From an uncultured virus (IMG/VR IMGVR_UViG_3300025099_000013) (lineage: Duplodnaviria > Heunggongvirae > Uroviricota > Caudoviricetes): a stretch of 64,000 nt of DNA. Positions 49,271-58,319 of the stretch are shown piece after piece. The notes under the pieces were generated by a model. The model had not been told where the DNA came from and ran no database searches. It saw only the letters and a program-made list of their open reading frames with translations. Position 1 is the first letter of the stretch; each line of letters opens with the position of its first letter. The stretch lies in the IMG/VR virus record IMGVR_UViG_3300025099_000013. One strand, 5' to 3'. The translations under genes and the position numbers were made by a program.

Positions 49271-49750
49271 ATGAGTAAGAAAACAGAATCAAAAGAGACT
49301 GAGAGTAAAGTTACAGATGAGACCGAAGCAGTACCTCTTCCATCATGGAATAAAGGAGATACCGCAACACATGGTCATTCTGAGTATGACTTATTCGGAG
49401 TAAACGGCCTTTGGCGAGAAAAAGGGTGCAACGAGATTGGTGGTATGAAGGTGAGAATCTATCTAACAGCAAGAGCCGACGCACCTATCTGTAATCGACC
49501 TGACAAGCATACAGTCGTTATCACCGGAGTTCACGAAAGTGGTAAAACAGACCTAAATGTGAGCAAACTTCAGAAGCATGGAGCAGCCAACCGTAAGGAG
49601 GCACTCAAATTAGCGAGGCACCCTGCAACTTGGAGCAAGAAAGCACAAGTCATAGTCGATAAAATTGCTGAGGCCAAAGCGAAAGCCGAGGAAGAAGCAA
49701 ATGCAGAGACAGAGCCAAAAGATTCTACCAAAGAAACGGTAGAGGCTTAG
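49271..49750 (+). CDS. Early hypothetical protein
   Basis: Boxed promoter at 49181 and a strong GGAGGTGA RBS. Confidence 0.75.
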   Translation: MSKKTESKETESKVTDETEAVPLPSWNKGDTATHGHSEYDLFGVNGLWREKGCNEIGGMKVRIYLTARADAPICNRPDKHTVVITGVHESGKTDLNVSKLQKHGAANRKEALKLARHPATWSKKAQVIVDKIAEAKAKAEEEANAETEPKDSTKETVEA

Positions 49751-49754
49751 GCAA

Positions 49755-50165
49755 GACCTCTATTGGACTAGACCCTAACACAAAAACTCAAAGATACTTT
49801 GAGTATCCCCTAGTCCATAAGGGTCATCCCTGTGTGGTGTGGCTCCGCCCGCCACAAGAGCAGGAGACAGGCTGACTAAAGCCGAGGAAGTTAGGGCTGA
49901 CCTTTTCGTGTTGGCAGAGCCCTAACATGGCGGAGCAACATTAAGGAGGCGAGTCTACATAAACAGGTGGTAGACCAAACCGTAACCGAGCCGCACACTA
50001 ACCTCTTCTTGAGTAAAAGAGCCACCCGTTCATTGAAAGAGACAGAAATGTAACGAGGAAGTGAGACTAAAACAGGCGGTAACAAGTCGGATAAGCCTCC
50101 ACCTAATACTCCTTTTGGGAGGTCAAGGAGAAATGCTGGGTAGGCAAACTGCAACCGACCTTCCA
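49755..50165 (+). ncRNA. Putative ~410-nt structured non-coding RNA with two pseudoknots
   Basis: Dense nested helices with G-U pairs on the + strand and two loop-distal complementarities; no credible ORF. Confidence 0.7.
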
Positions 50166-50273
50166 CCCTTCTTCTCTCATGGGGCGGGAGGCAGAGTACT
50201 CACCCCTTTTACTTATAGGAGAGAATGACGATATCTCTACCGCCAAACTTTTACGTTTGGTACTCAATGGTAC

Positions 50274-51464
50274 TCAATAATGACCCGGTTCGCCATAGCA
50301 ACTCCAACATTCTCTATCGCTACCCTTCATCCCGCTACCACCATACTGTGCTGTCGTATAGCAGGAGCATTGTCTGCATACCTCTTCTGTGCTCATACCT
50401 GCAAATAATGGTTGACCTATTAAATCAACTCCACCAACAGGGAAATCTCCATGCTCTGTACCTTTACGCTCCTCTCCACATCTCATACAAGTATAATACT
50501 CGTATGTAGGATGAACAGGGGCTCCGGGCATCTCTTGCCAGCCTCTTTCGTAATATGTTCTCACGGCTAATCTATTCTGACCATCTTGATTACAGTCGAA
50601 ACAAGTCGCATACTTATTGCCACTCTTACCTCTACCGTAAATAGCATCCACTATCTGCTCATCCTCTATCATCTTCCACTCTTTAGGTTTCTCTAACTTA
50701 TGTGTTTTGAGACAATAGTGTTTGAGTTCATGGGTTTTCCAATCGTCGTTTTGCGCTGGTCTTATATCGTTTCTCTCCGACTTAATCATAACATTTCTCA
50801 AGAAATATACGACTTTATCAAAGGCCTCTATCTTAGTATCTCGAACATACCTATACCTGCTCCAATTTTCGTAATAGTCCTCTTCAGCATCGAATCGCTC
50901 AGTGTTAGCAAGTGCTCTGCTAACTGCTCTGCTAAGACCAAACTTAATCTCTTTTTCTGCTTTCCTCTCAATCCTTCTTAGTACCTCCGACGAATATGTA
51001 GTCGCCATATAATCCTCTAAATCCACCTCTTTTCGATATTCTTCTCTGAATACTAGAGTTCCATATGGACCACCAAGCGGTGTATGACCACGACTTGGCA
51101 TATCTTTTACTCTTGCTAAAAATGACTCGTATCTTACGACCCAAGCCTTTTCATCCTCACACTCATGCTTATCTGAGATGAAATTATTATCTCCATCATT
51201 GTTCTCGCATATTTCGTATAGTTCTCTTAATATAGACCAACCTTCGTTAAATAAGTCGAATACATGAGCCCACTTTTCTTTGAACTCTTCATTGAATGCG
51301 ACCACCATAGTGTGTTCTCTATCCCAAATCTCTTGTTTTATGAGTGCTAGGAACTCTTCCACATTATCATGACCAACTTGAAGCAACTCATCCGACACAT
51401 CTTTTATAGCGAGTGCCATAGCCTCTTTATCTGAGTAAGGTATTAATCCTCTTTCATTTGACAT
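50274..51464 (-). CDS. Hypothetical protein with C-terminal Zn fingers
   Basis: 396 aa; GGGGGTGA RBS; CFDC, CMRC, CRQC, CWSC. Confidence 0.7.
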   Translation of the reverse strand: MSNERGLIPYSDKEAMALAIKDVSDELLQVGHDNVEEFLALIKQEIWDREHTMVVAFNEEFKEKWAHVFDLFNEGWSILRELYEICENNDGDNNFISDKHECEDEKAWVVRYESFLARVKDMPSRGHTPLGGPYGTLVFREEYRKEVDLEDYMATTYSSEVLRRIERKAEKEIKFGLSRAVSRALANTERFDAEEDYYENWSRYRYVRDTKIEAFDKVVYFLRNVMIKSERNDIRPAQNDDWKTHELKHYCLKTHKLEKPKEWKMIEDEQIVDAIYGRGKSGNKYATCFDCNQDGQNRLAVRTYYERGWQEMPGAPVHPTYEYYTCMRCGEERKGTEHGDFPVGGVDLIGQPLFAGMSTEEVCRQCSCYTTAQYGGSGMKGSDRECWSCYGEPGHY

Positions 51465-51588
51465 TCTCTATCACCCCCTCGAAGTTTCTGGTCTGTCATT
51501 CCAATCACCGGTCTCCTACTGAGAGGGTGTTACCCCTGCGAGTGTACCCGCAGAGGCTTTTGGTAAATCCGCTCAACGCTCTGGACAA

Positions 51589-52266
51589 TCAATCTCTAAG
51601 GAATGATGTGTCGCAGATACGGTGAGATACAACGCTAAGGTCAGTCTTACAGTCAAGACCATAATCGTTCTCGTCTGTGCAGGTCATACTTCTTACTGTA
51701 CTCATAACTATGTCGTGGTAGCCTTTGATTGCCCCATCGACTTCTGGTCCGCCCAAGTCTGAACCTGAGTCACCTGTGACCGATATTACTGCAACTCCTA
51801 ATCTGAAGTCGATTGAATCTAACTTGACTCTATCATCAACCCAGTCGGGTGTCTCATCCCATCCGAAGTGCTCGTATAGATTAAGTGGCTCTATTGTTGC
51901 TGATTCTTCTTTAGTCGTATCAACTATCTCCACATCACTTTGGTCAATTAACAGTGGTAGTAAGGCCTCTTTGAACCATTCTAACTCACTTGATAAGAAG
52001 GTCGTCACTGTATCTTCTCCGATACGAAGTCCTTTGGTGCTCACAAGTTTTGTCTCTGTTTCACCAACGTCTCCATCGTGACGGTCAATCCAACCGTTTC
52101 TCTGCATCTGAAATCCGAAAGTCGCATTAATACTCTTAAGGAAGAACTCAGCAGCAGGTACTTTCTCTTCTTTGGTGTCTCCACCAAAAGGAGTAAAGTT
52201 AATTGTAACTCTGCGTCTAGCATCTCGTTGTGTTTCTTGCTCTATTGTTTTTATATTTTCACTCAT
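51589..52266 (-). CDS. Acidic hypothetical protein
   Basis: Boxed promoter at 52336 and GAGGAG RBS. Confidence 0.7.
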   Translation of the reverse strand: MSENIKTIEQETQRDARRRVTINFTPFGGDTKEEKVPAAEFFLKSINATFGFQMQRNGWIDRHDGDVGETETKLVSTKGLRIGEDTVTTFLSSELEWFKEALLPLLIDQSDVEIVDTTKEESATIEPLNLYEHFGWDETPDWVDDRVKLDSIDFRLGVAVISVTGDSGSDLGGPEVDGAIKGYHDIVMSTVRSMTCTDENDYGLDCKTDLSVVSHRICDTSFLRD

Positions 52267-52407
52267 ATTCTATGACATCTCCTCGGCTTCCGCCTACACT
52301 ACTATTAAAAGTTTCTAGTATATAAATAGTTCTAACTCTTGAGTTATTAAAATAGGTATCACTCAAGAGTTCAAAACCTTTATATGTAATGACGATGATA
52401 GTAGATT

Positions 52408-52789
52408 ATGGCAGGTGTCAGAGGATTAATGCGATTAAGAGTACGTATTATGACTGAGACATACTGCTATGAGGAGTGGGATTACCTATGACCGATATAC
52501 ATAAAGAGATACTTGCGTGGAGAGCGCATATGAAAAAAGAGAGGCTTGCTAATGACTGAGTTCACACTATTAGACCATTATTATCTGAGAAGATATGGTT
52601 TGACCAAGGAGGAATATGAAGATGCTAACGACTGAAATAAGAGAAGAAGTCTATAAAGAGTTAGCCAAAGATGAGGGCGTTAGAGTCTTTAACTGTGGTC
52701 CAAAGTTTCTCGCATATTGCAGAGCAAAACATATAGATGTAGTCGAACTTTTTGAGGCAGCAGGTGTTCTCGGTGACGAAGAAGAGTAA
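52408..52789 (+). CDS. Chain of four overlapping micro-ORFs (27, 23, 27, 55 aa)
   Basis: 52408-52491, 52488-52559, 52552-52635 and 52622-52789, downstream of the boxed promoter at 52362. Confidence 0.5.
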
Positions 52790-53123
52790 GAATCGTAAAT
52801 GCTCAATCTGTAGGAAAGAGATGAGAGGACCTAAGCACCCTATTACTGAGCAACTATTATTCAAAGAGGGCGAGTATATGGGTAATAACCCCTACCCCCT
52901 CTGTAATGAGAAAGACTATAAATCGAGATGTTGCGATATGTGCGACAGCATATATGTTCTCCCTTCGAGAATGGGTTATGATGTATTCTCAGACGATTGG
53001 GAGACACGCACCGAGGCATTTAAGTTTGGTATGAGTATGTGGAATATGCGACTTGAAGGGAGAAAGTTAATTCATGAGCAAGGACACACTCTATACAATC
53101 CCCTGTCTCAAGAGCAAGAATAG
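52773..53123 (+). CDS. Zn-finger hypothetical protein
   Basis: CSIC, GNNPYP, RCCD.CD...V.P.R; GTG start inferred. Confidence 0.6.
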   Translation: MTKKSKNRKCSICRKEMRGPKHPITEQLLFKEGEYMGNNPYPLCNEKDYKSRCCDMCDSIYVLPSRMGYDVFSDDWETRTEAFKFGMSMWNMRLEGRKLIHEQGHTLYNPLSQEQE

Positions 53124-53250
53124 AAACTTCACGGTAGAGTGGGGCGGGAGAAGTAACTCTACCGCCTTTTTCATATTAGCCGAGAAGTAGGGAGATTTAG
53201 TCGTGTCATGGTACTGAGAGTTTTTACGCTCTTTAAGTATTCTCAATGTC

Positions 53251-53502
53251 TTAATCTCTGACTCCAACTTCGTACTCAGATACTTCCTCTTCTAAGCACT
53301 CTTGACAGAAGAGAATCCAATGTCTCTCATTTGGATATGCTTTTCTCCATGAGTCTGATAGTATAAAGAGCCTTAGATATACGGGCTCTTGATAGTGCTC
53401 CGAATCTAAATCGTGCTCTGGTGGAAAACGAGAACCTATTTGGCTTACTCCACAACCTTGACATTTCTCTTGTTCTGACCTAGGAATGTATTCTTCGCTC
53501 AT
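53251..53502 (-). CDS. Zn-finger protein
   Basis: CQGC...CQEC. Confidence 0.6.
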   Translation of the reverse strand: MSEEYIPRSEQEKCQGCGVSQIGSRFPPEHDLDSEHYQEPVYLRLFILSDSWRKAYPNERHWILFCQECLEEEVSEYEVGVRD

Positions 53503-53505
53503 TTC

Positions 53506-53625
53506 TTAATCACTTCTCCATATACTATGGCACATCTCGCATAGTCTCAATATTCTGTCAGTCTCTATCTCGTCAATCCAATGACTCCACGTTCCACACG
53601 AGCAACCATCACAAATCTCCTTCAC
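53506..53625 (-). CDS. Zn-finger microprotein
   Basis: CDGC...CEMC; start must lie downstream of the promoter at 53654-53678. Confidence 0.5.
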   Translation of the reverse strand: MKEICDGCSCGTWSHWIDEIETDRILRLCEMCHSIWRSD

Positions 53626-53746
53626 TTCCCATGTTACCTCATCAGCGTCATACGATATAAAGATTTCTAACTCCCGAGATATTCTCAAGAGTCAGATAAG
53701 TTTATATCCGATAACATGGATGAGGTAGTGCCGGAAGGCGGAGGAT

Positions 53747-54088
53747 ATGATTAATATGAGAAATGAAAAACAACGAGAAAATTACAACAGAACGAGTTGC
53801 CGTCAATGCGGAGTACTTGGTTCAGAGAACGGACATACAGGAGCAGTTGAGTATATCACATTAGAGGATGCTCCCGGATGGGAGTTAGCCCATGTGAGAT
53901 GCTTTAAGTGTGGAGACTATTTTGTTGGGAACGAGCCTTGTGAAGAGTGCATGGGTTGGAAAGAGCCAAAAGCATCGAGACACCTTATCGAAGAGCCATC
54001 TGATGAAGAGATGGAAGAACTAAAAAGAGAAGGACTAATCGGAGCAGATGCGGTTGACCTATTTTGCCATTGTGAGGAAGAAGAATGA
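53747..54088 (+). CDS. Zn-finger protein
   Basis: CRQC, CFKC, CEEC, CHC; boxed promoter at 53684. Confidence 0.65.
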   Translation: MINMRNEKQRENYNRTSCRQCGVLGSENGHTGAVEYITLEDAPGWELAHVRCFKCGDYFVGNEPCEECMGWKEPKASRHLIEEPSDEEMEELKREGLIGADAVDLFCHCEEEE

Positions 54089-54322
54089 GTAAAGGTCAAC
54101 GATGTATGGAGTGTGTTGGTGAGGGTAAATGGTGCTACTGGTCACGAATGCTGAGTTGTGATAGAGACGGGGCTGACCAGCCTTAAGCAACTCCTTTTAT
54201 GTCATAACCGAGCGATAGTGTTTCACTCTACCGTTCAATCCCCATTTATTACTCAACTCAAGAGTTGGAAACCTTTATATCCGATGACGATGATGAGGTA
54301 GTGCCGGAAAGGAGGCAGTAAA

Positions 54323-54997
54323 ATGACAATGAGTAAGATAGACGCAGAGCAAGAAACAAGAGATATACAAGAGACCCTTGTAAATCGTGAGTGGCTTCCG
54401 CTAGGAGCCATGAATGGAGTTAGAGTGATAACAGAATACCGAGAAGGTGTTGCTGCTGGCTCTAATTACATCAATCTCACATATAATGATTGGGAGTCAA
54501 GAGAAGTGGCAGCATACCTCAGGGAGAAATGCCATGTATCTGACCCAGATTTGGAGCAGAAGATTGAGTGCAAGAAACAGACACTCAATGATTCGACCCA
54601 TATGGGAGATATGAGATTTTTAGCACGAGATACAGGGTGTAAGAGTGGGTGGTTCAATAGAGCCAGTGACAGAGCCTATTTAGTGAGATACACTTCAAGC
54701 CGAGTGTATCTTGGACCACACGAGGGTGGTACTTGGGGAACTCATAGGATGCCTAGAGCAGTTATGGTTTTCCGAGATTACCACACAGCCGAGCGGGTTA
54801 AGAAATACCTCAAAGAGATAAACAAAACACACTTCGAGCCAGATTGGAAGGCTCTAGGACATGACGAGACAGTTAATACGACCTATCCCGAGGGCTTTAT
54901 CCCGAGTATGTGGGTTGGCTCTAAAGAGACACAGTATTTTGTTGAGCCTGTTATTGGGATGAACTCGATTGATTCGAGTAACTGGCATTACGAGTGA
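54323..54997 (+). CDS. Hypothetical protein
   Basis: Boxed promoter at 54257; GGAGG RBS; Y.GP.EGG.W motif. Confidence 0.7.
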   Translation: MTMSKIDAEQETRDIQETLVNREWLPLGAMNGVRVITEYREGVAAGSNYINLTYNDWESREVAAYLREKCHVSDPDLEQKIECKKQTLNDSTHMGDMRFLARDTGCKSGWFNRASDRAYLVRYTSSRVYLGPHEGGTWGTHRMPRAVMVFRDYHTAERVKKYLKEINKTHFEPDWKALGHDETVNTTYPEGFIPSMWVGSKETQYFVEPVIGMNSIDSSNWHYE

Positions 54998-55413
54998 TTA
55001 TTATGGGAGCGTATGAGCGTAATAAAGACTCGCATTTTTCAAGGATGTGGCGGTCATCTCTTTTTAGAGACACTAAGGAACACGTCTCTAAGGATGAGAT
55101 AGACAGGATATACTCTATTGAGTATGATACACTTTTTAAGAGCCCATTGATAGACCAAGAAATTGCGAGAAAGTTTGGATGGAAACTCGAAGAAATTGAG
55201 TATTGGTTAGGAGAAGATATTAACTTAGGTCGCCACGATACATTTCTCAATATGGTTAAGAGCAATACGACTAATAAAGTATATGACCTATATTGGCCGA
55301 GATTTCAAGAAGAGCACCAAGAACCCGAGCCGTATGACGAGGATGCAGATGTGCAGAGACTAGAGAAGCAAGCCGAGGAAGCATTTGAATCTCGCTTATA
55401 TGGTCAAGTATAA
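54994..55413 (+). CDS. Hypothetical protein
   Basis: GTGA-coupled ORF. Confidence 0.6.
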   Translation: MIIMGAYERNKDSHFSRMWRSSLFRDTKEHVSKDEIDRIYSIEYDTLFKSPLIDQEIARKFGWKLEEIEYWLGEDINLGRHDTFLNMVKSNTTNKVYDLYWPRFQEEHQEPEPYDEDADVQRLEKQAEEAFESRLYGQV

Positions 55414-55563
55414 GTGAGAGACGGGGCGGAGAAATAAAGGTTATATCTCTTTCACGATAGGCGAGAACTTATGGTATTTCTCCCCTCTCTCTAGCGTGTT
55501 CTCGGGAGTCCAAAGGTTTTATATAGTTAAACCCCAATGAGGAAGTAGGCGGAAGTCTAGGAG

Positions 55564-55818
55564 ATGTCAAATAAAATGAGTGAAGATAAAATACGAGAAG
55601 AGAATGAAATGACCGAAGAGGATTGGGAGAGTTTGGTCAACCACTATTGGGATGTAACTCAGAGCATAATAGATTACATGGTCGAAGTGACCACAGATAT
55701 GAATGCTCTTAATGCAGTTCTCGATATCATAAACGAGAAAGAAGAAGTGGAGAAACTGACAGCAGGTGCTCGAAAGTATATCGAGGATAGAAGCAACTCG
55801 GAATTGGGTGGTCATTAG
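55564..55818 (+). CDS. Small acidic helical protein
   Basis: Boxed promoter at 55501; probable start is ATG 55576. Confidence 0.6.
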   Translation: MSNKMSEDKIREENEMTEEDWESLVNHYWDVTQSIIDYMVEVTTDMNALNAVLDIINEKEEVEKLTAGARKYIEDRSNSELGGH

Positions 55819-55934
55819 ATAGGGGTCGCCAACCCCGCCCTCTTTCTTGCTCTCTAGGATAAATCAGGAGTGCTCAAGAGTTCAAAGGTTTTATATAGTT
55901 AAACGATTATGTGGTAGTATCGGGAGGTTAAAAA

Positions 55935-56300
55935 ATGGAAAAAAGAGATGCGGTAATTGCTCGTGACGAGGGGGATATATGTCTCTGGATTGGAAAGGTC
56001 GACGACCATCCTATTGTGGTCTATGAAAATGTGACTCATGTAGAATGCTCATGCGGCAAACTGGTCCCAGAGGTATGGTCTTATGGTCACATGGACTCGT
56101 GTGTATTTTGTTTTGAGAAGATAGAGTCACACTTGGCTGTTCTCAGCAACGACTTCGCAGGTGGCTCTGAATTGCAGGGTCAATGCGTTGAGGTATGGGA
56201 ACTAGTCGGAAACAAGTGGTCGCAAGTATTTACTCTGGATGCTGAAGAGTATCGAGGAGAAAATACTGGTCAATGGTACGCTAGTCGTTCAGGAATGTGA
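55935..56300 (+). CDS. Hypothetical Zn-binding protein
   Basis: Boxed promoter at 55873; GGAGGT RBS; CSCG, CVFC. Confidence 0.65.
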   Translation: MEKRDAVIARDEGDICLWIGKVDDHPIVVYENVTHVECSCGKLVPEVWSYGHMDSCVFCFEKIESHLAVLSNDFAGGSELQGQCVEVWELVGNKWSQVFTLDAEEYRGENTGQWYASRSGM

Positions 56301-56505
56301 GCACAGGCGGGAGAACTAGAGTCTCCTCCTTTTTGATTATCCCCGAGTATGGGGCGGGAGAAGCACAGCCCTCTCCTTTTTAAGACCCCCGAGAACACCC
56401 CCTACTCCTCTAGAGACGCAGAGTTCTCCGGAGTCCGAACACTTTATATACTAAAACCGCAATGAGGGAGTAGGCGGAAAGGCCGAGGAAAGGTGAAAAA
56501 GAGAA

Positions 56506-56643
56506 ATGAAATTGAGAAGTAATGGAAACGAGATAAGTAAAGAGTTCGCTCAGCGAGTTCTTAAGGGGCGAGTTGTTCTGAAAAGACCAACCAAGTCCGA
56601 GAAAAAGGTTCAGAGCCCCGAGTTGGATGGGTGGTGGATGTGA
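56506..56643 (+). CDS. 45-aa basic microprotein
   Basis: First ORF after the boxed promoter at 56426, with an AGGTGA RBS. Confidence 0.5.
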   Translation: MKLRSNGNEISKEFAQRVLKGRVVLKRPTKSEKKVQSPELDGWWM

Positions 56644-57509
56644 GCGAAGAGCAAGCAGCCATTCTCATGCACCACAACGAGTCTAGGTACAACGAGTGCC
56701 TAGAGACTTTGAGGAACGGGGAGGCTTGGACCTTCCAAGAGCCACGAGTTCTGATAGACAGCGACTATGATGGCTATGAGTATGACAGAGAAGTGTTAAT
56801 CCCCGAGTTGATGCACTTGAGACGTAAAATAATTGAGCAAATAAGAGACAACCCTAGAGCAATAATGTTTGGAGACAACCAAGAGTGGCTCTTATTTCAG
56901 GAGATACCTGAGATGGAAGGAGCGTATGATGTGCTCAGTGCAGCACTCTGTGAGACAACATGGGAGTATTTGGGGCATGGTCAAGAACGCATGGTCAAGC
57001 ACAAGAGTAATGAGAAAGTTAGAGAACAGGCTTTCGAGTTACAACAATGGCTCGATGGCATTCAAGAGAATGCTAGGGCTGCTCACAAGGCAAGGCGAGA
57101 TTTGATTAATGGTCTAACCAAATACGAGTTCGCAGTACGTGAGATTGACGGAGAACGTGTGTCAGAGCACAAGATGACGAAGAGATATGAGGATGCACGA
57201 GCGAAGGCATCCGATGCTCGGCTAGATTATGAGGATGAGAACCCAGAGTGTACCCGCAAGGAGAAGACCGATGCGTATTGGGAGACATACCACAAAGAGA
57301 CAGCAAATCTGACCAATTACACAATGACCAGAAGGGTGTGCTCTAAGTGTGGCGGAGCATCAGAGATGGGATGGACTGAGTCCGAGGCAGACGGCTGTGC
57401 TCAAGATTGGGCGGTGACCAGTTGGTCGTGGCGTAACTGTCTCGAAGGTTGTGGTCGCAGCGATAAGAGACATCACATCCACTCGTCAGGCGGGAGTTTT
57501 AACTCGTGA
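56631..57509 (+). CDS. Hypothetical protein with C-terminal Zn ribbon
   Basis: 292 aa; CSKC...CLEGC. Confidence 0.65.
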   Translation: MVDVSEEQAAILMHHNESRYNECLETLRNGEAWTFQEPRVLIDSDYDGYEYDREVLIPELMHLRRKIIEQIRDNPRAIMFGDNQEWLLFQEIPEMEGAYDVLSAALCETTWEYLGHGQERMVKHKSNEKVREQAFELQQWLDGIQENARAAHKARRDLINGLTKYEFAVREIDGERVSEHKMTKRYEDARAKASDARLDYEDENPECTRKEKTDAYWETYHKETANLTNYTMTRRVCSKCGGASEMGWTESEADGCAQDWAVTSWSWRNCLEGCGRSDKRHHIHSSGGSFNS

Positions 57510-57518
57510 GCACATAGG

Positions 57519-57715
57519 CACAAGAGTTCTGAGGGGCTCAGGATGCGTTGGGTCACACCGACGTAGAGGGGCTCAGCAGAGTTGTGGTCCCGCATAATAA
57601 CAGGGCGGTCGCTCGATGAGACGACTGTCGGGGAAATAGTTCTCTCCATTGGCGACGTGGCTCACGGTCGGCTCTTCTTTTGACTATCCACGACCCTGCT
57701 CGCCAGTAAGCCCAC
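57519..57715 (+). ncRNA. Putative ~200-nt structured RNA
   Basis: Consecutive G-U-containing helices directly after the 57509 stop codon. Confidence 0.55.
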
Positions 57716-57983
57716 CACCGAGAAGGAGTACTCCGCCTAACCCTATGCCGAGCCTTCTCTCATGGGGGCGGGAGTCGAGTACTCAGACCTTTGTGTTTCT
57801 AGGTCGAGCCAAGAAAGCGAGCGCTCTGCAAGCGCTCTCTCACGGGGCGGGTCTCTGACCGTCTGACCTTTGTGCAAAACGCTCGAGCACCACCCCTGAG
57901 AGAGATAGGCCAGCGGTCAGGCGAGAGGGGAACAAGGCGCTCAAACGCCCCTTGCTCCTTTACGTCATTCTCCAATCAAGTTC

Positions 57984-58319
57984 TCAAAGTGCTGCCACTC
58001 TTGCTGCACAATACTCGCACCAATCAGCACTCTTCTTGCACAACTCGATAGCAACCTTTCGAGTACTTGCTCCGGCGGTTCTGCCATGCTCGCAGATACT
58101 CACATGGACTGCGAGTTTCTTTCCAGTCTCGTCAGATATTTTCATCTCGTGAAAATCTGATTTCTCTAGAAGTGCTGCTCCAACGAATATTTTTGCTCCT
58201 CCTCGTTGTTTCAAAGTCCATGCTCCGGGTACTCCAATCACCTTCTCAGTTTTTGCATTCGCTGCTCCAGTAATCTTCTTTGCTCCTTTCCAATAATTCT
58301 CCATTTCTGTCATTCTCAA
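57984..58319 (-). CDS. Early protein with C.H...WCxxC motif
   Basis: Boxed promoter at 58398; probable start is ATG 58313; downstream hairpin at ~57925-57961. Confidence 0.65.
   Translation of the reverse strand: MRMTEMENYWKGAKKITGAANAKTEKVIGVPGAWTLKQRGGAKIFVGAALLEKSDFHEMKISDETGKKLAVHVSICEHGRTAGASTRKVAIELCKKSADWCEYCAARVAAL

Noticed and set aside
49755..50165. ncRNA as tmRNA or RNase P RNA (GGGCTGA, GAGGAAG, TCCACC fragments)
   Set aside because: No T-arm or acceptor stem, and the RNase P P4 halves are not in the expected context.
49891..50509. ORFs 49891..50166(-) and 50225..50509(+)
   Set aside because: No RBS or promoter support; they overlap the structured RNA or a longer gene.
57560..57715. 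Twister ribozyme (AGAGGG, GGTCCC, AAGCCC words)
   Set aside because: The order of these words and the cleavage-site context do not fit the twister core.
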